From the NCBI GenBank assembly GCA_965203515.1, contig OZ241907.1:2112001-2176000 (forward strand): 64,000 nt of DNA. The letters are read 5' to 3'. The notes beneath the pieces were generated by a model. That model was not told the origin of the DNA. It did not search any database and was given only the letters and a program-made list of their open reading frames with translations. The number at the start of each line of letters is the position of its first letter. Positions within the stretch are counted from its first letter, which is position 1. This DNA comes from Spirochaetia bacterium (lineage in GTDB: Bacteria > Spirochaetota > Spirochaetia > SZUA-6 > Bin103). A program made the position numbers and the translations under genes. This document shows, in pieces, positions 10,094-18,813 of the stretch.

Positions 10094-10369
10094 TCATACG
10101 ATCAGCGCCCGTCGATCGGACTTCGCCTGGTCGGCGGCCGTCTGTCCGTCTTCGTCGAGCCGCGCGATGAGCAGCCGGTCTTCATCGGTCTCCATCACGG
10201 CGCGCAGCTCCTGCTCCATCCGGCGGCGGCGGCGCGGATCCAACCGGCAACGGAACACGGAAAGCTGAACCCGGTCGCCGTAACCGTGCAGCAGCCGGAA
10301 GACGCGGCGCCACCGCTTTGGGGACGAGACGTCGTAGGCTACCAGATATTCCCTTCCTGCAGACGGCAT
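10094..10369 (-). CDS. cas2: CRISPR-associated endoribonuclease Cas2
   Basis: YLVAYDV..PKRWRRVF and RVQLSVF motifs; AGGAGGAG RBS. Confidence 0.95.
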   Translation of the reverse strand: MPSAGREYLVAYDVSSPKRWRRVFRLLHGYGDRVQLSVFRCRLDPRRRRRMEQELRAVMETDEDRLLIARLDEDGQTAADQAKSDRRALIV

Positions 10370-10386
10370 GAGGACGCTCCTCCTTA

Positions 10387-11430
10387 CTACCGCCAGCTCA
10401 TCTGCGCCGGCGGCTCGTCGTTGCGGCGCAGAACGCGGGCGAGGCGGGCTGATTCGATGGACGGCAGGTCGCGGTAGATGATGGTCCGCCCCAGGCCGTC
10501 GTGGAGGATCGACTCATCCAGCCGATCTTCCAGGGCGTCCAGCAGGACGCGCCGGCCCTGTTCGCCGAGCAGGACGGCGTCGCCTTCCCGTTCCATGTGA
10601 TCGGCTTTCAGCATTCCCGAATTCAATATGCGCAGGACCGCGGAATCCGCGATCCGCGGCCGCGCCGGTTCCATCAGATCGAGCGCCAACGCGGGACGAC
10701 CATGCCGGAAGCCGTGCAGGAACCCGGTGAACAGATCGAGTCCGGCGGCGGTGACGGCGACGCTCCAGGAGCGGGTCTGGACGGCGTAGGCGAAGGAGAG
10801 CGCCGCGTTGACCGGATCGCGCGGCGGCCGGCGGTTGCGGCCCCGGTACCGGTCGGCGGCCCAGGCCGCCCGCCCGCGCAGCATGGCCGGAAAGGTCTTG
10901 AAGTAGGTGGCGGCCGCGGCGCCTTCGTAGCCGCGCAGCTTGTCCAGATCGGCGGTGCGTTCCGCGTCTTCCACGAGTTCCGTCAGTTGACGCACCGCGG
11001 TCTTCGCCTCGCGGCCGCTCCCGTTGCGGCGCAGGAGGGTACGGCAGTTCCGGATCTTGGCGGCCACCCAGGTGCGGGCGAAGGCGACACGGCGCGCAGG
11101 GTCGGCGGCGGCGGCGTGCTGGGCCGCGCGCAACGCGCCATCGCCGTGGCCGAAGCCGGAAGTGGCGCCCAGGAACCAGCCGGAGGAGGTCGTCCAGCAC
11201 ACCGGGATGCCGCGCCGCATCAGTTCCTGCAGCGCCGGAGTGGTTACCTGGATGTTGCCCATGACGGTCATCTCGGACATTTCGTCCAGGCGCAGGCGCC
11301 GGTGTCCGCGTTTGTCCCGCATCGCCACCTCGAGGGTGTGGCCGGCCAGGCCGATGCGCGCGCCCTGGTTGTTGACGTAGACCGGATGGCGGATGGCCGC
11401 GGCGCGGTCGCGCCGGTCGGCGTCACGCAT
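10387..11430 (-). CDS. cas1: CRISPR-associated integrase Cas1 (resembles the Cas1 part of type I-G Cas4-Cas1 fusions; no Cas4 domain)
   Basis: KIRNCRTLLRRN, LRGYEGAAA, RNRRPPRDPVNAALSFAY, GFLH, ALALDLMEP (catalytic E/H/E positions present). Confidence 0.93.
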   Translation of the reverse strand: MRDADRRDRAAAIRHPVYVNNQGARIGLAGHTLEVAMRDKRGHRRLRLDEMSEMTVMGNIQVTTPALQELMRRGIPVCWTTSSGWFLGATSGFGHGDGALRAAQHAAAADPARRVAFARTWVAAKIRNCRTLLRRNGSGREAKTAVRQLTELVEDAERTADLDKLRGYEGAAAATYFKTFPAMLRGRAAWAADRYRGRNRRPPRDPVNAALSFAYAVQTRSWSVAVTAAGLDLFTGFLHGFRHGRPALALDLMEPARPRIADSAVLRILNSGMLKADHMEREGDAVLLGEQGRRVLLDALEDRLDESILHDGLGRTIIYRDLPSIESARLARVLRRNDEPPAQMSWR

Positions 11431-12145
11431 CGCCCAACTCCGGGGCGAACAGGCCGAGGCCGAAGTGACAGCCGTAGCCGAACGCCAGCGGCCCGCGCAC
11501 GGGCGCGGCGAAGACCAGCCGCCACGCCGTGCCCCGGCCGCTCCCCTTCGGCGCGCTTTCGCGCCAGCGCCAGCGCGGCGGGGCGGCGCCGGAGCCGATC
11601 AACTCCACCTCCGTCACCGGAGGCAGACCGCGCGCGGCGCATTCGCGGCGGATCATGTCATCCTGCGAGAAGCCGCGCTTCGCGTGCCACGGCCGGTAGT
11701 AGGGAGCGATGGAGACCCATTCGACCGCGACCTCCAGCAGGGCCGTGGGAGTGTCCGGCTCGTCATGGCGGCCGATCCAGTCCGAGGCTGCGCGCCAGTG
11801 CTCGTGTCGTGCATGGACGGCGATGTCCGCGGCCAACAGCGCCGCCAGCGCCTTCCGGTCCATCGCCCGGGCGTGCACGGTGAGATGGTCGATGCGCCCG
11901 TCGCCGTCGGCATCCTCCGGCAGCCAGAAGGCGTGCCGGTGCTCCATGGCCGGCGCGCCGGCCTGGGCGCCGTGGCCCGACAGCGCCGCGGGTATGCCGT
12001 CCGGTCCGTACATCATGCGCGCCCGGCCGAGCGCGGAGCGGCGGGCGCGTTCGGCGACCTGATGCCCCAGGCGCGCAGTCGGGAGCCGGTCGCCGGTGAG
12101 ACGAAAGCGCACGCAATCCGGCATCCGCTCCGGCCCTCCGGTCAC
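11423..12145 (-). CDS. csb2: Csb2 (type I-G Cas5/Cas6) C-terminal Cas6-like crRNA-processing domain as a stand-alone 240-aa protein
   Basis: HRHAFWLPEDADGDGRIDHL and terminal G-rich loop GPLAFGYGCHFGLGLF. Confidence 0.8.
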   Translation of the reverse strand: MTGGPERMPDCVRFRLTGDRLPTARLGHQVAERARRSALGRARMMYGPDGIPAALSGHGAQAGAPAMEHRHAFWLPEDADGDGRIDHLTVHARAMDRKALAALLAADIAVHARHEHWRAASDWIGRHDEPDTPTALLEVAVEWVSIAPYYRPWHAKRGFSQDDMIRRECAARGLPPVTEVELIGSGAAPPRWRWRESAPKGSGRGTAWRLVFAAPVRGPLAFGYGCHFGLGLFAPELGDA

Positions 12146-12179
12146 GACGCGCGTCTCCGCGGCCCGCGACGCAATTCCT

Positions 12180-12362
12180 CTACTTCCTGTGCCATGATTC
12201 TTCCTCCTTCTTCTTGATCACGAGCCCGAGGACAAGGCCGACGGCCGCCCCACCGACGCAGCCGATGGCCCCCCCGGTCGGACCACCGAAGCGGAGCCCC
12301 AGATTGCCGCCGAGGAGACCTCCCATGGCGGAAGTTCTCAGGATCTTTTCAGCTTCGGTCAC
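12180..12362 (-). CDS. Small glycine-zipper membrane peptide (60 aa)
   Basis: AAGGAGG RBS before GTG; GGLLGGNLGLRFGGPTGGAIGCVGGAAVGLVLGLVI followed by KKKEEE. Confidence 0.65.
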   Translation of the reverse strand: MTEAEKILRTSAMGGLLGGNLGLRFGGPTGGAIGCVGGAAVGLVLGLVIKKKEEESWHRK

Positions 12363-12418
12363 GTTCGTTCCTCCTTGGGGCTGACGGTTCGTTCTAACTC
12401 AGCCCTCAAATACGTAGA

Positions 12419-12434
12419 AGCAATATCCGTGCCA
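12419..12434 (-). promoter_or_regulatory. Sigma54 (-24/-12) promoter P2, upstream of glycine-zipper gene, csb2, cas1 and cas2
   Basis: Minus strand TGGCACGGATATTGCT matches consensus TGGCACG-N4-TTGC(A/T); begins immediately after the activator stop codon. Confidence 0.85.
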
Positions 12435-13937
12435 TCATTCCGCCGCGCATTGTTTCAGCCAGTTGCTGAGCCTCTGATGGCTGCGGAGTCCCAGCAGGCC
12501 GGCGGCCTTGGTCTTGATGCCGCCGGCCTCCTCCATCGCGCGGTTCAGGTAGTGCAGCTTGATCTCCGCCAGCAGTGCCTCGATGCTGAAATCGCCTCCC
12601 AACGGGCGGTCCCACACGTCCCTTTTGCGGTCGCCGGGCGCCGATAGCAGCGCACCGCGCAGGTCGTCCCCCGTGATGGTGTCACCCGCCGACCAGATCG
12701 CGGCGCGCATCAGCGTGTTGTGCAACTCGCGTACGTTACCCGGCCACCGGTGCCGAGCCAGAAGATTCCTTGCCGAAGCGGAAAGGCTTTTGCGCTGATA
12801 ACCGGGAGCCTTCGCAAGCTCGACGTTGATGCCGCCGAGAAGATGATCGGTCACGAGCCCGACGTCGTCGCCGCGCTCGCGAAACGGCGGCAGCTTGAGC
12901 ACCGCCACCGCCAGCCGATAGAAGAGGTCTTCGCGGAACCGGCCGCCGGCGACCTCCTCCGTCAGGGTGCGGTTGGTCGCCGCGATCACGCGCACGTCTA
13001 CCGAACGCGTGTCGCTGCTGCCGACGGGCTGGAACTCTCCCTCCTGCAAAACGCGCAACAGGTTCGTTTGCGCCAGCAGTGGCAGCTCCCCGACCTCGTC
13101 CAGGAACAGGGTCCCGCGATGCGCCTCGTCGAAGCGCCCCTTCCGCGGCTTGTCGGCACCGGTGAACGCGCCCTTCACGTGGCCGAACAACTCCGACTCG
13201 ACCAGATTCTCAGGCAACGCGCCGCAGTTGACCGCGACGAACGGTCTCTCCCGTCGCGGGCTCGACTCGTGGATGGCCCCCGCCATCAGCTCCTTGCCGG
13301 TGCCGGACTCTCCCTCGATCAGAACCGGCACCGAGTGCGGCGCGACCCGCCGGGCGAGCAGAATGACGCGCCGCATCTCCGCGCTGCGATGGACGATCTT
13401 GTCGAAGGCGGCCGCCTGCTGCGACGGCAGCCCGGCGCTCAGACGTTCCAGCTCCCGGTCCGGCTGCCGCAGCAGATCGGCGAGAAAGTCAGCCGAGATG
13501 TCGAAGGGGACGGAGACCTCGTGGACACCGTGATCCTTCGACGACTCGATGATCGTTGCCGGGAAGCGCGTCTTGGCCAGGATGACCCACACCGCGGCCA
13601 TGGCCGGAGTGCCGGGGCTCAGGTGGAACGTGAGCGCGGCGCCGGGGCCGCCGGCCGCACGCGCCCGCTCGCAGGCGCGGACCGCGGCTGGGTAGACCTC
13701 GCCGAAGGCCGTGGGGCTGGTGAGCCGCTCGTGCAGCAGGTGGAGACTGATCCCGCTCGCGCGCCCTTCGAGCCAATCGAAGTAACGTCTCGCCTCGTCG
13801 CCATACGTGGTGAGCAGGAAGGCCGCATCGAACGTACCGTCCTCCACGGCCTTGGCCACCGGCCCGATACCGTCCGCGTCTTCCTGCGACGCTTTCAGGT
13901 CCGCATGGCCGATCCAACTGATCAGGATGCTACGCAT
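12435..13937 (-). CDS. Sigma54-dependent enhancer-binding protein with N-terminal RtcR-like CARF domain, AAA+ domain and Fis-type HTH
   Basis: N-term SWIGHAD...LTSPT...[10 protein letters not shown]; Walker A GESGTGKE, intact GAFTGA, Walker [28 protein letters not shown]-term [10 protein letters not shown]. Confidence 0.9.
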   Translation of the reverse strand: MRSILISWIGHADLKASQEDADGIGPVAKAVEDGTFDAAFLLTTYGDEARRYFDWLEGRASGISLHLLHERLTSPTAFGEVYPAAVRACERARAAGGPGAALTFHLSPGTPAMAAVWVILAKTRFPATIIESSKDHGVHEVSVPFDISADFLADLLRQPDRELERLSAGLPSQQAAAFDKIVHRSAEMRRVILLARRVAPHSVPVLIEGESGTGKELMAGAIHESSPRRERPFVAVNCGALPENLVESELFGHVKGAFTGADKPRKGRFDEAHRGTLFLDEVGELPLLAQTNLLRVLQEGEFQPVGSSDTRSVDVRVIAATNRTLTEEVAGGRFREDLFYRLAVAVLKLPPFRERGDDVGLVTDHLLGGINVELAKAPGYQRKSLSASARNLLARHRWPGNVRELHNTLMRAAIWSAGDTITGDDLRGALLSAPGDRKRDVWDRPLGGDFSIEALLAEIKLHYLNRAMEEAGGIKTKAAGLLGLRSHQRLSNWLKQCAAE

Positions 13938-14226
13938 CGTCGTCCTCCTTTCCCAATTCCGCAGCCAATACGGCCACCGCAGCCGCTATGATGCCGGCAT
14001 CGTCGAGCAGTCCCGCGACCGGTATGAAGTCCGGCACCGCGTCGAACGGCGTGACCAGGTAGACCAGCGCGCCGATGGCGATCGCCTTGGCCGCCCAACC
14101 CTTCCCCGGGTCGGTGATGAGGTCCCACAGCGCGACTACCGTATCCCAGAGCTCCGCAATCGGCCCCCGGTTCATGCCGGCCAGGTTCTCCCGGATGTTC
14201 CTGATGTCGTCGTCTTCCCGTCCCAT
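13930..14226 (-). CDS. YkvA/DUF1232-family small membrane protein
   Basis: [30 protein letters not shown] signature; AGGAGGAG RBS; overlaps the activator start. Confidence 0.88.
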   Translation of the reverse strand: MGREDDDIRNIRENLAGMNRGPIAELWDTVVALWDLITDPGKGWAAKAIAIGALVYLVTPFDAVPDFIPVAGLLDDAGIIAAAVAVLAAELGKEDDDA

Positions 14227-14299
14227 GATCTCCTCCTGCCGTATGATTCGGCGCCGACGCCTTTCGTTTCAACGGCGGCAGCCCTGATGACACCATTGA

Positions 14300-14315
14300 A
14301 GCAAGGACCGTGCCA
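14300..14315 (-). promoter_or_regulatory. Sigma54 (-24/-12) promoter P1, upstream of the ykvA-activator operon
   Basis: Minus strand TGGCACGGTCCTTGCT, consensus match, 73 nt upstream of the ykvA ATG. Confidence 0.85.
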
Positions 14316-14533
14316 CGTTCCTCGCCCGGCCCCAAACCCGGTTTGGTACCCCGCCGGCCGAAACCGGTTGGCGCGCCGCAACATGCATTACATGAATGGA
14401 AGACTTGTTGCGATCCTCTGAGGCGCGGGGCCTGGACGCCAGGCCAGCCAAACCACGTCAGCCGCTGCTGCGCTTGATTCACCGTTGCCGTCCAGGGCCG
14501 AGTCGGTCTATGGTTGCGACTCGGGATTCGAGA

Positions 14534-15754
14534 ATGCAGTCTCAAGATCAGGCACGAGGGTCCGACGGTGGCGAGCGCACGGCCATCGAAGCGAACTACC
14601 GAGTGGTGACGCCGCTGTTCTGCGCGGGCTCCGATGGGGAGCGTCCCGAGTTCCGCCTGCCCAGCTTCAAGGGCGTGCTGCGGTTCTGGTGGCGGGCGCT
14701 GGCATGGTCGCGGTATCGTGATCTCGAGTCTCTTCAATCGGAAGAGGACTATCTCTTCGGGAGCAGCCGCAGCGGACAGTCCCGCGTTTCCATGCGCGTG
14801 GCACGAAGTTCCGTGCCGCAGCCGATTCGCAAGGACGACGTACTCGGTAAATTGAACGGAGACGTCGTCGGCCACGGTGCCCGGTACCTGGGCTACGGCG
14901 TCATGGAGGCATTCGGAAGCCAAAACAGGAACACTCAGGACGGTGAACTCATCCGTGCATGTCTTCCGGCGCCGTTCAATGTCACGGTGCGGATGACGGC
15001 GCATGGTCTGAGCGGACCGAGGTTGGCGTCTCTCAAGCACGCGCTGATCGCACTTGGAACTCTCGGCGGCATGGGCGCCAAGAGCCGCAAGGGCTACGGC
15101 TCGCTGGTCATTCGTTCGCTGTCAATAGACGGTGACCCGCAGCAAGTGCCCCAGTCGGTTGACGATCTACGCAGAGCGATTCTTGCGCTACGTGGAAGCG
15201 GGACGGAGGCACCGCTGCCGGAGTTCACGGCGCTGTCCCCGGGTACGCGCCACGTGCTGCTGGAGAGTGATAAGCGGGACCCTCTCGAACTGCTGGACCT
15301 TGTCGGTCGCGAACTCGTGAGGTTTCGGAGTTGGGGACGAAACGGAAGGATCCTCGGCGGGTACGTGGAATCGGAACGACGCTTCCGATCTGATCACGAT
15401 TTGATGGCTGGGAAGCAAGCGGGACGCCACCCTAAGCGTATTGCCTTCGGTCTTCCACACAATTACGGTAGAGGACTAGAGAAGCGGGTTAAACCGCTCG
15501 GTAAACTCGATCGACGGGCGAGTCCGTTGTTCATACACGTCCACGAGTGCGCGGAACGTCCTGTCGCGGTTATCTCGTTTCTTCCGGCGCGCTTTCTTCC
15601 CAAAGACAACGCGAACATATCGGTAGGAAGAAACAGAGTTCCACAGGTTCCTGAGCAACAACTGTACCGCCCCATACATCAATTCCTCGATCGACTTCTC
15701 GATCCATCGCGACGCAAGGAGCCATTTACGAACGCCTTGAAGGTGCCCTCGTGA
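14534..15754 (+). CDS. cmr1: Type III-B RAMP protein Cmr1
   Basis: VVTPLFCAG, FRLPSFKGVLRFWWRALA, LGGMGAKSRKGYG, AFGLPHNY, RRASPLFIHV; start chosen at ATG 14534 (uncertain). Confidence 0.92.
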   Translation: MQSQDQARGSDGGERTAIEANYRVVTPLFCAGSDGERPEFRLPSFKGVLRFWWRALAWSRYRDLESLQSEEDYLFGSSRSGQSRVSMRVARSSVPQPIRKDDVLGKLNGDVVGHGARYLGYGVMEAFGSQNRNTQDGELIRACLPAPFNVTVRMTAHGLSGPRLASLKHALIALGTLGGMGAKSRKGYGSLVIRSLSIDGDPQQVPQSVDDLRRAILALRGSGTEAPLPEFTALSPGTRHVLLESDKRDPLELLDLVGRELVRFRSWGRNGRILGGYVESERRFRSDHDLMAGKQAGRHPKRIAFGLPHNYGRGLEKRVKPLGKLDRRASPLFIHVHECAERPVAVISFLPARFLPKDNANISVGRNRVPQVPEQQLYRPIHQFLDRLLDPSRRKEPFTNALKVPS

Positions 15755-17664
15755 GAACACGGATCGACATCTCTATCGGTCCCGTACAGGGGTTCGTGTC
15801 CCAGTCCCGGCGTACCCGCGATTTATGGGGGAGTTCCTACTTGCTGGCGTTCCTGTCGGCGCACGCCATGGCCGGCGCGCAGCAGGCCGGCGGCACAGTC
15901 GTGCAGCCGGTCGTCGATGACGATCCGCTCTACCGGTGGGTTACCGGTCAACGGGAGGGGAACGCCTCTCGTCTGGGATCGCTGCCGAACCACTTCGTCG
16001 TGGAGGTTGACGGAACAGCGCAGGCCGTCGCGCATGAAAGCGTCCGAGCGTTCGAGGACGCGTGGCGGCAGGTGTGCGACCCCGTGTGGCGAGAGTACGT
16101 GGAACACGCGTGCGCGGATGGCAACGATACCGCTCGGATCTGGGACCGACAGGTCGGTACGTTCTGGGAAGTGATGTGGACTGCGGAACCGGCCGACGGC
16201 GAATGCGGACTGCTCGCGCGGCGCAAGCGTTGGCGGAACCACCGGCCGCCCGAAGAACCGGGCGACAAGTGCACGGTGATGCACGATCTGCAGGAGCTGT
16301 CAGGATACGTCCGCTCAGAAGGCAGCGCCAGCCGAGAGCGTCAGAATCAGTTCTGGAAGACCGTACGGCACCGGCTTGGCTCCTTGGACCTGAGAGAGGA
16401 TGAACGATTGTGCGCGGTGGCGCTCGTGAAGCGTTTGTTTCCGAGGGTTGCACCACGGGCGCTGGGTTGGGAGGTAGACCGGTCGCACTGGCCGTCCACG
16501 GTCTACGTAGGCGCTGTTCCGTGGATTCGTCGAGTGGAGCAGTCCGTGCCGGAGCTGGCACGTCGCTACGCAGAGACTGTCACGCAGCACGCACCCAAGG
16601 ACGTCGTGGCTGAAAAGCGTCCGCCGTTCGCAGGTCTGGGGCGCGCCGGCTCGGGCAGGTTCTCGAATCTCGATGCGAACTGGTTCCACCGCCAGTTCGT
16701 TACGAGCGAGCCGTTGCGCGACGCTGCGCCGACCGCGCGCGACGAACTGGAACGATCGCTCAAGGTCATCTACGACGCCAAGGACGACGCCGGCCGGCTG
16801 GGCGCGCCCTCGTCCTTCTATGCGATGATTCTGGCCGACGGCGACCGTCTGGGGAGACTGGTCGGCCGGCTTGGCGGCGAAACCGTGGGACGAGCGTTGG
16901 CGGCGTTCACCGACAGCGTTCCGTCGGTCGTGAGAAACGATGACGGTGTGACGGTATACGCCGGCGGCGATGACGTACTGGCCATGCTCCCCGTGCCGAA
17001 GGCGTTGCCGTGCGCGGCCTCGCTGGCGGAGCGCTACCGTTCGGCGTTCCCCGATACGGGAGCGGAGGCGACGTTATCCGCCGCGGTCGTGTTCGCCCAC
17101 GTTCGACTGCCGCTCCGTGCGGTGCTCGATGAGGCGCATCGTCTTCTCGACGCAGTCGCCAAGGACGGAAACGGGCGCAACTCTTTGGCCGCCGGCGTGC
17201 TCAAGCCGGGTGGCTTGCACTGTCAGTGGACCACCACCTGGAGCCGAACGAGACCGGGGGACGGCGACCCGGCGCGCGCCGTGGAACTCCTCGATGATCT
17301 GGTCGGCCATCTGCGACGAGCGGCGACGGAACCGGGCCTGTCGTCGGCTCTCATCTATCGGATTCGGGAGACCCTTACCTTGCTCTGTGGAGTGGAGCGT
17401 TGGCAGCCCGGCCATTGGGGAGCGCTCCCTGACGCACTCGACGTCCGCGCATTCGTTCACGCCGAGATTCTCCATAGCTTGACGGTGAGGATCGGTGATG
17501 AGGATGCGGCCGCCGGAGCCGAGGAATTGACCGATGCGGTGTGGCGCCTTCTGGGGCCATCGCGGGCGGGCCCGGACGACCGAAAACTCGCTGAAGCCGG
17601 CGTCGACGCGCTCCTGCTCGCGCGGTTTCTGTCCGACGGCGGCCGGGAGGATGCCGGACCATGA
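15751..17664 (+). CDS. cmr2: Cas10/Cmr2, lacking HD nuclease domain, with intact palm GGDD
   Basis: Starts directly at ISIGPVQGFVSQSRRTRDLWGSSYLL; LPNHF; ADGDRLG; YAGGDDVLA; 637 aa. Confidence 0.95.
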   Translation: MRTRIDISIGPVQGFVSQSRRTRDLWGSSYLLAFLSAHAMAGAQQAGGTVVQPVVDDDPLYRWVTGQREGNASRLGSLPNHFVVEVDGTAQAVAHESVRAFEDAWRQVCDPVWREYVEHACADGNDTARIWDRQVGTFWEVMWTAEPADGECGLLARRKRWRNHRPPEEPGDKCTVMHDLQELSGYVRSEGSASRERQNQFWKTVRHRLGSLDLREDERLCAVALVKRLFPRVAPRALGWEVDRSHWPSTVYVGAVPWIRRVEQSVPELARRYAETVTQHAPKDVVAEKRPPFAGLGRAGSGRFSNLDANWFHRQFVTSEPLRDAAPTARDELERSLKVIYDAKDDAGRLGAPSSFYAMILADGDRLGRLVGRLGGETVGRALAAFTDSVPSVVRNDDGVTVYAGGDDVLAMLPVPKALPCAASLAERYRSAFPDTGAEATLSAAVVFAHVRLPLRAVLDEAHRLLDAVAKDGNGRNSLAAGVLKPGGLHCQWTTTWSRTRPGDGDPARAVELLDDLVGHLRRAATEPGLSSALIYRIRETLTLLCGVERWQPGHWGALPDALDVRAFVHAEILHSLTVRIGDEDAAAGAEELTDAVWRLLGPSRAGPDDRKLAEAGVDALLLARFLSDGGREDAGP

Positions 17665-18788
17665 TCGGCGTTCAGCTTCGGCCGGTAGATACCTGCTTCT
17701 TTCGGGACGGAACGCCGTTCGCGGCAGACAGCGCGCCGCAGGAGGGTGTCGGAAAGCTGTTCCCTCCGTACCCGACGACGGTGGCCGGAGCGCTTCGGGC
17801 GGCGCTGGCGCTTGGCAACGGCTGGAACGGGCGTGGTCGATGGCCGCAGACGATCTGCAGCGTCCTTGGGGATGGTCCGGACGATCTCGGTTCGCTCGCC
17901 TTTGACTGCCCGATCCTGCTCCGTTGCGGGCAGCCGCTCTTCCGGGCGCCTCGTCATCTGCTCGGCGTGATGGAAGACGACCGGTGGACCCCGCGCATCA
18001 TCCTCCGCCCAGGTCCGGCGGTCGCGTGCGACCTGGGGGACATGATTCGACTGCCGGAAGCCGCTCGCACCACCGAAGATACGGAACTGGCGGACATGAG
18101 CCTCAAGGCCGGCGATGATGAATGGCTGACGCAGAACGGCATGAACGCGGTCCTGCGCGGCGAGCTTCCGGACCGCGGCGACATCGTGTCGAGCAGGTGT
18201 CTCTGGTCTGAGGAGCCGCGGATCGGATTGGAGATCGACCGGGACAGGCGCGCGGCCAAGGAAGGCATGCTCTACAGCACGCGGCACGTACGCCCGGAAC
18301 GCCGCGTCTCTCTCGGCGCGCGCATCGCCGGGTTGCCCGCGGATTGGACCTTGCCGTTCGGCCGGCTGGTCCCGCTCGGCGGCGAAGGGCGGCTTGCGGA
18401 ATGCACGGAGTGGGAGGCCGGGGCCACCCTCGAAGCACCCATCGCGGCCATCGAAAGCGGCCGTTCCATCGTGGTGATCGCCTTGTCCCCCCTCGACTTG
18501 GAACCGGACGTCTGCGACGGCCGGAGTGCGCTGGCGGTAGCGGAACTCGGCAGCGTCCGGGTCGTCTCCGCGTGCCTCGACCGTCCACAGCGGATTGGAG
18601 GCTGGGACTCGGAGAACCGTCGACCGCTGCCACTTCGCGGCGTACTGCCGCCCGGCAGCGTGCTGTTCTGCGAAGTACCGGAACCGATCCGCTTGCGCGA
18701 TTCGGTCGTGGCGCGCGATGGGACGGCGCGCGTGGGCGCCAGGCAGAACTGGGGCTTCGGACTTGTGGCGCTCGGCCTCTGGCCTTGA
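17661..18788 (+). CDS. cmr3: Type III-B Cmr3 (Cas5 family)
   Basis: PVDTCFFRDGTPF, PPYPTTVAGALR, EPRIGLEID, PLGGEGRLA, IGGWD, PPGSV, WGFG. Confidence 0.93.
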   Translation: MIGVQLRPVDTCFFRDGTPFAADSAPQEGVGKLFPPYPTTVAGALRAALALGNGWNGRGRWPQTICSVLGDGPDDLGSLAFDCPILLRCGQPLFRAPRHLLGVMEDDRWTPRIILRPGPAVACDLGDMIRLPEAARTTEDTELADMSLKAGDDEWLTQNGMNAVLRGELPDRGDIVSSRCLWSEEPRIGLEIDRDRRAAKEGMLYSTRHVRPERRVSLGARIAGLPADWTLPFGRLVPLGGEGRLAECTEWEAGATLEAPIAAIESGRSIVVIALSPLDLEPDVCDGRSALAVAELGSVRVVSACLDRPQRIGGWDSENRRPLPLRGVLPPGSVLFCEVPEPIRLRDSVVARDGTARVGARQNWGFGLVALGLWP

Positions 18789-18813
18789 TAACAATAGCGA
18801 GGAGATGATTCAC

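Noticed and set aside
12171..12194. Third TGGCAC...TTGC on the minus strand before csb2
   Set aside because: GG-to-GC spacing is far longer than the strict 10 nt needed by sigma54, and it overlaps a coding region
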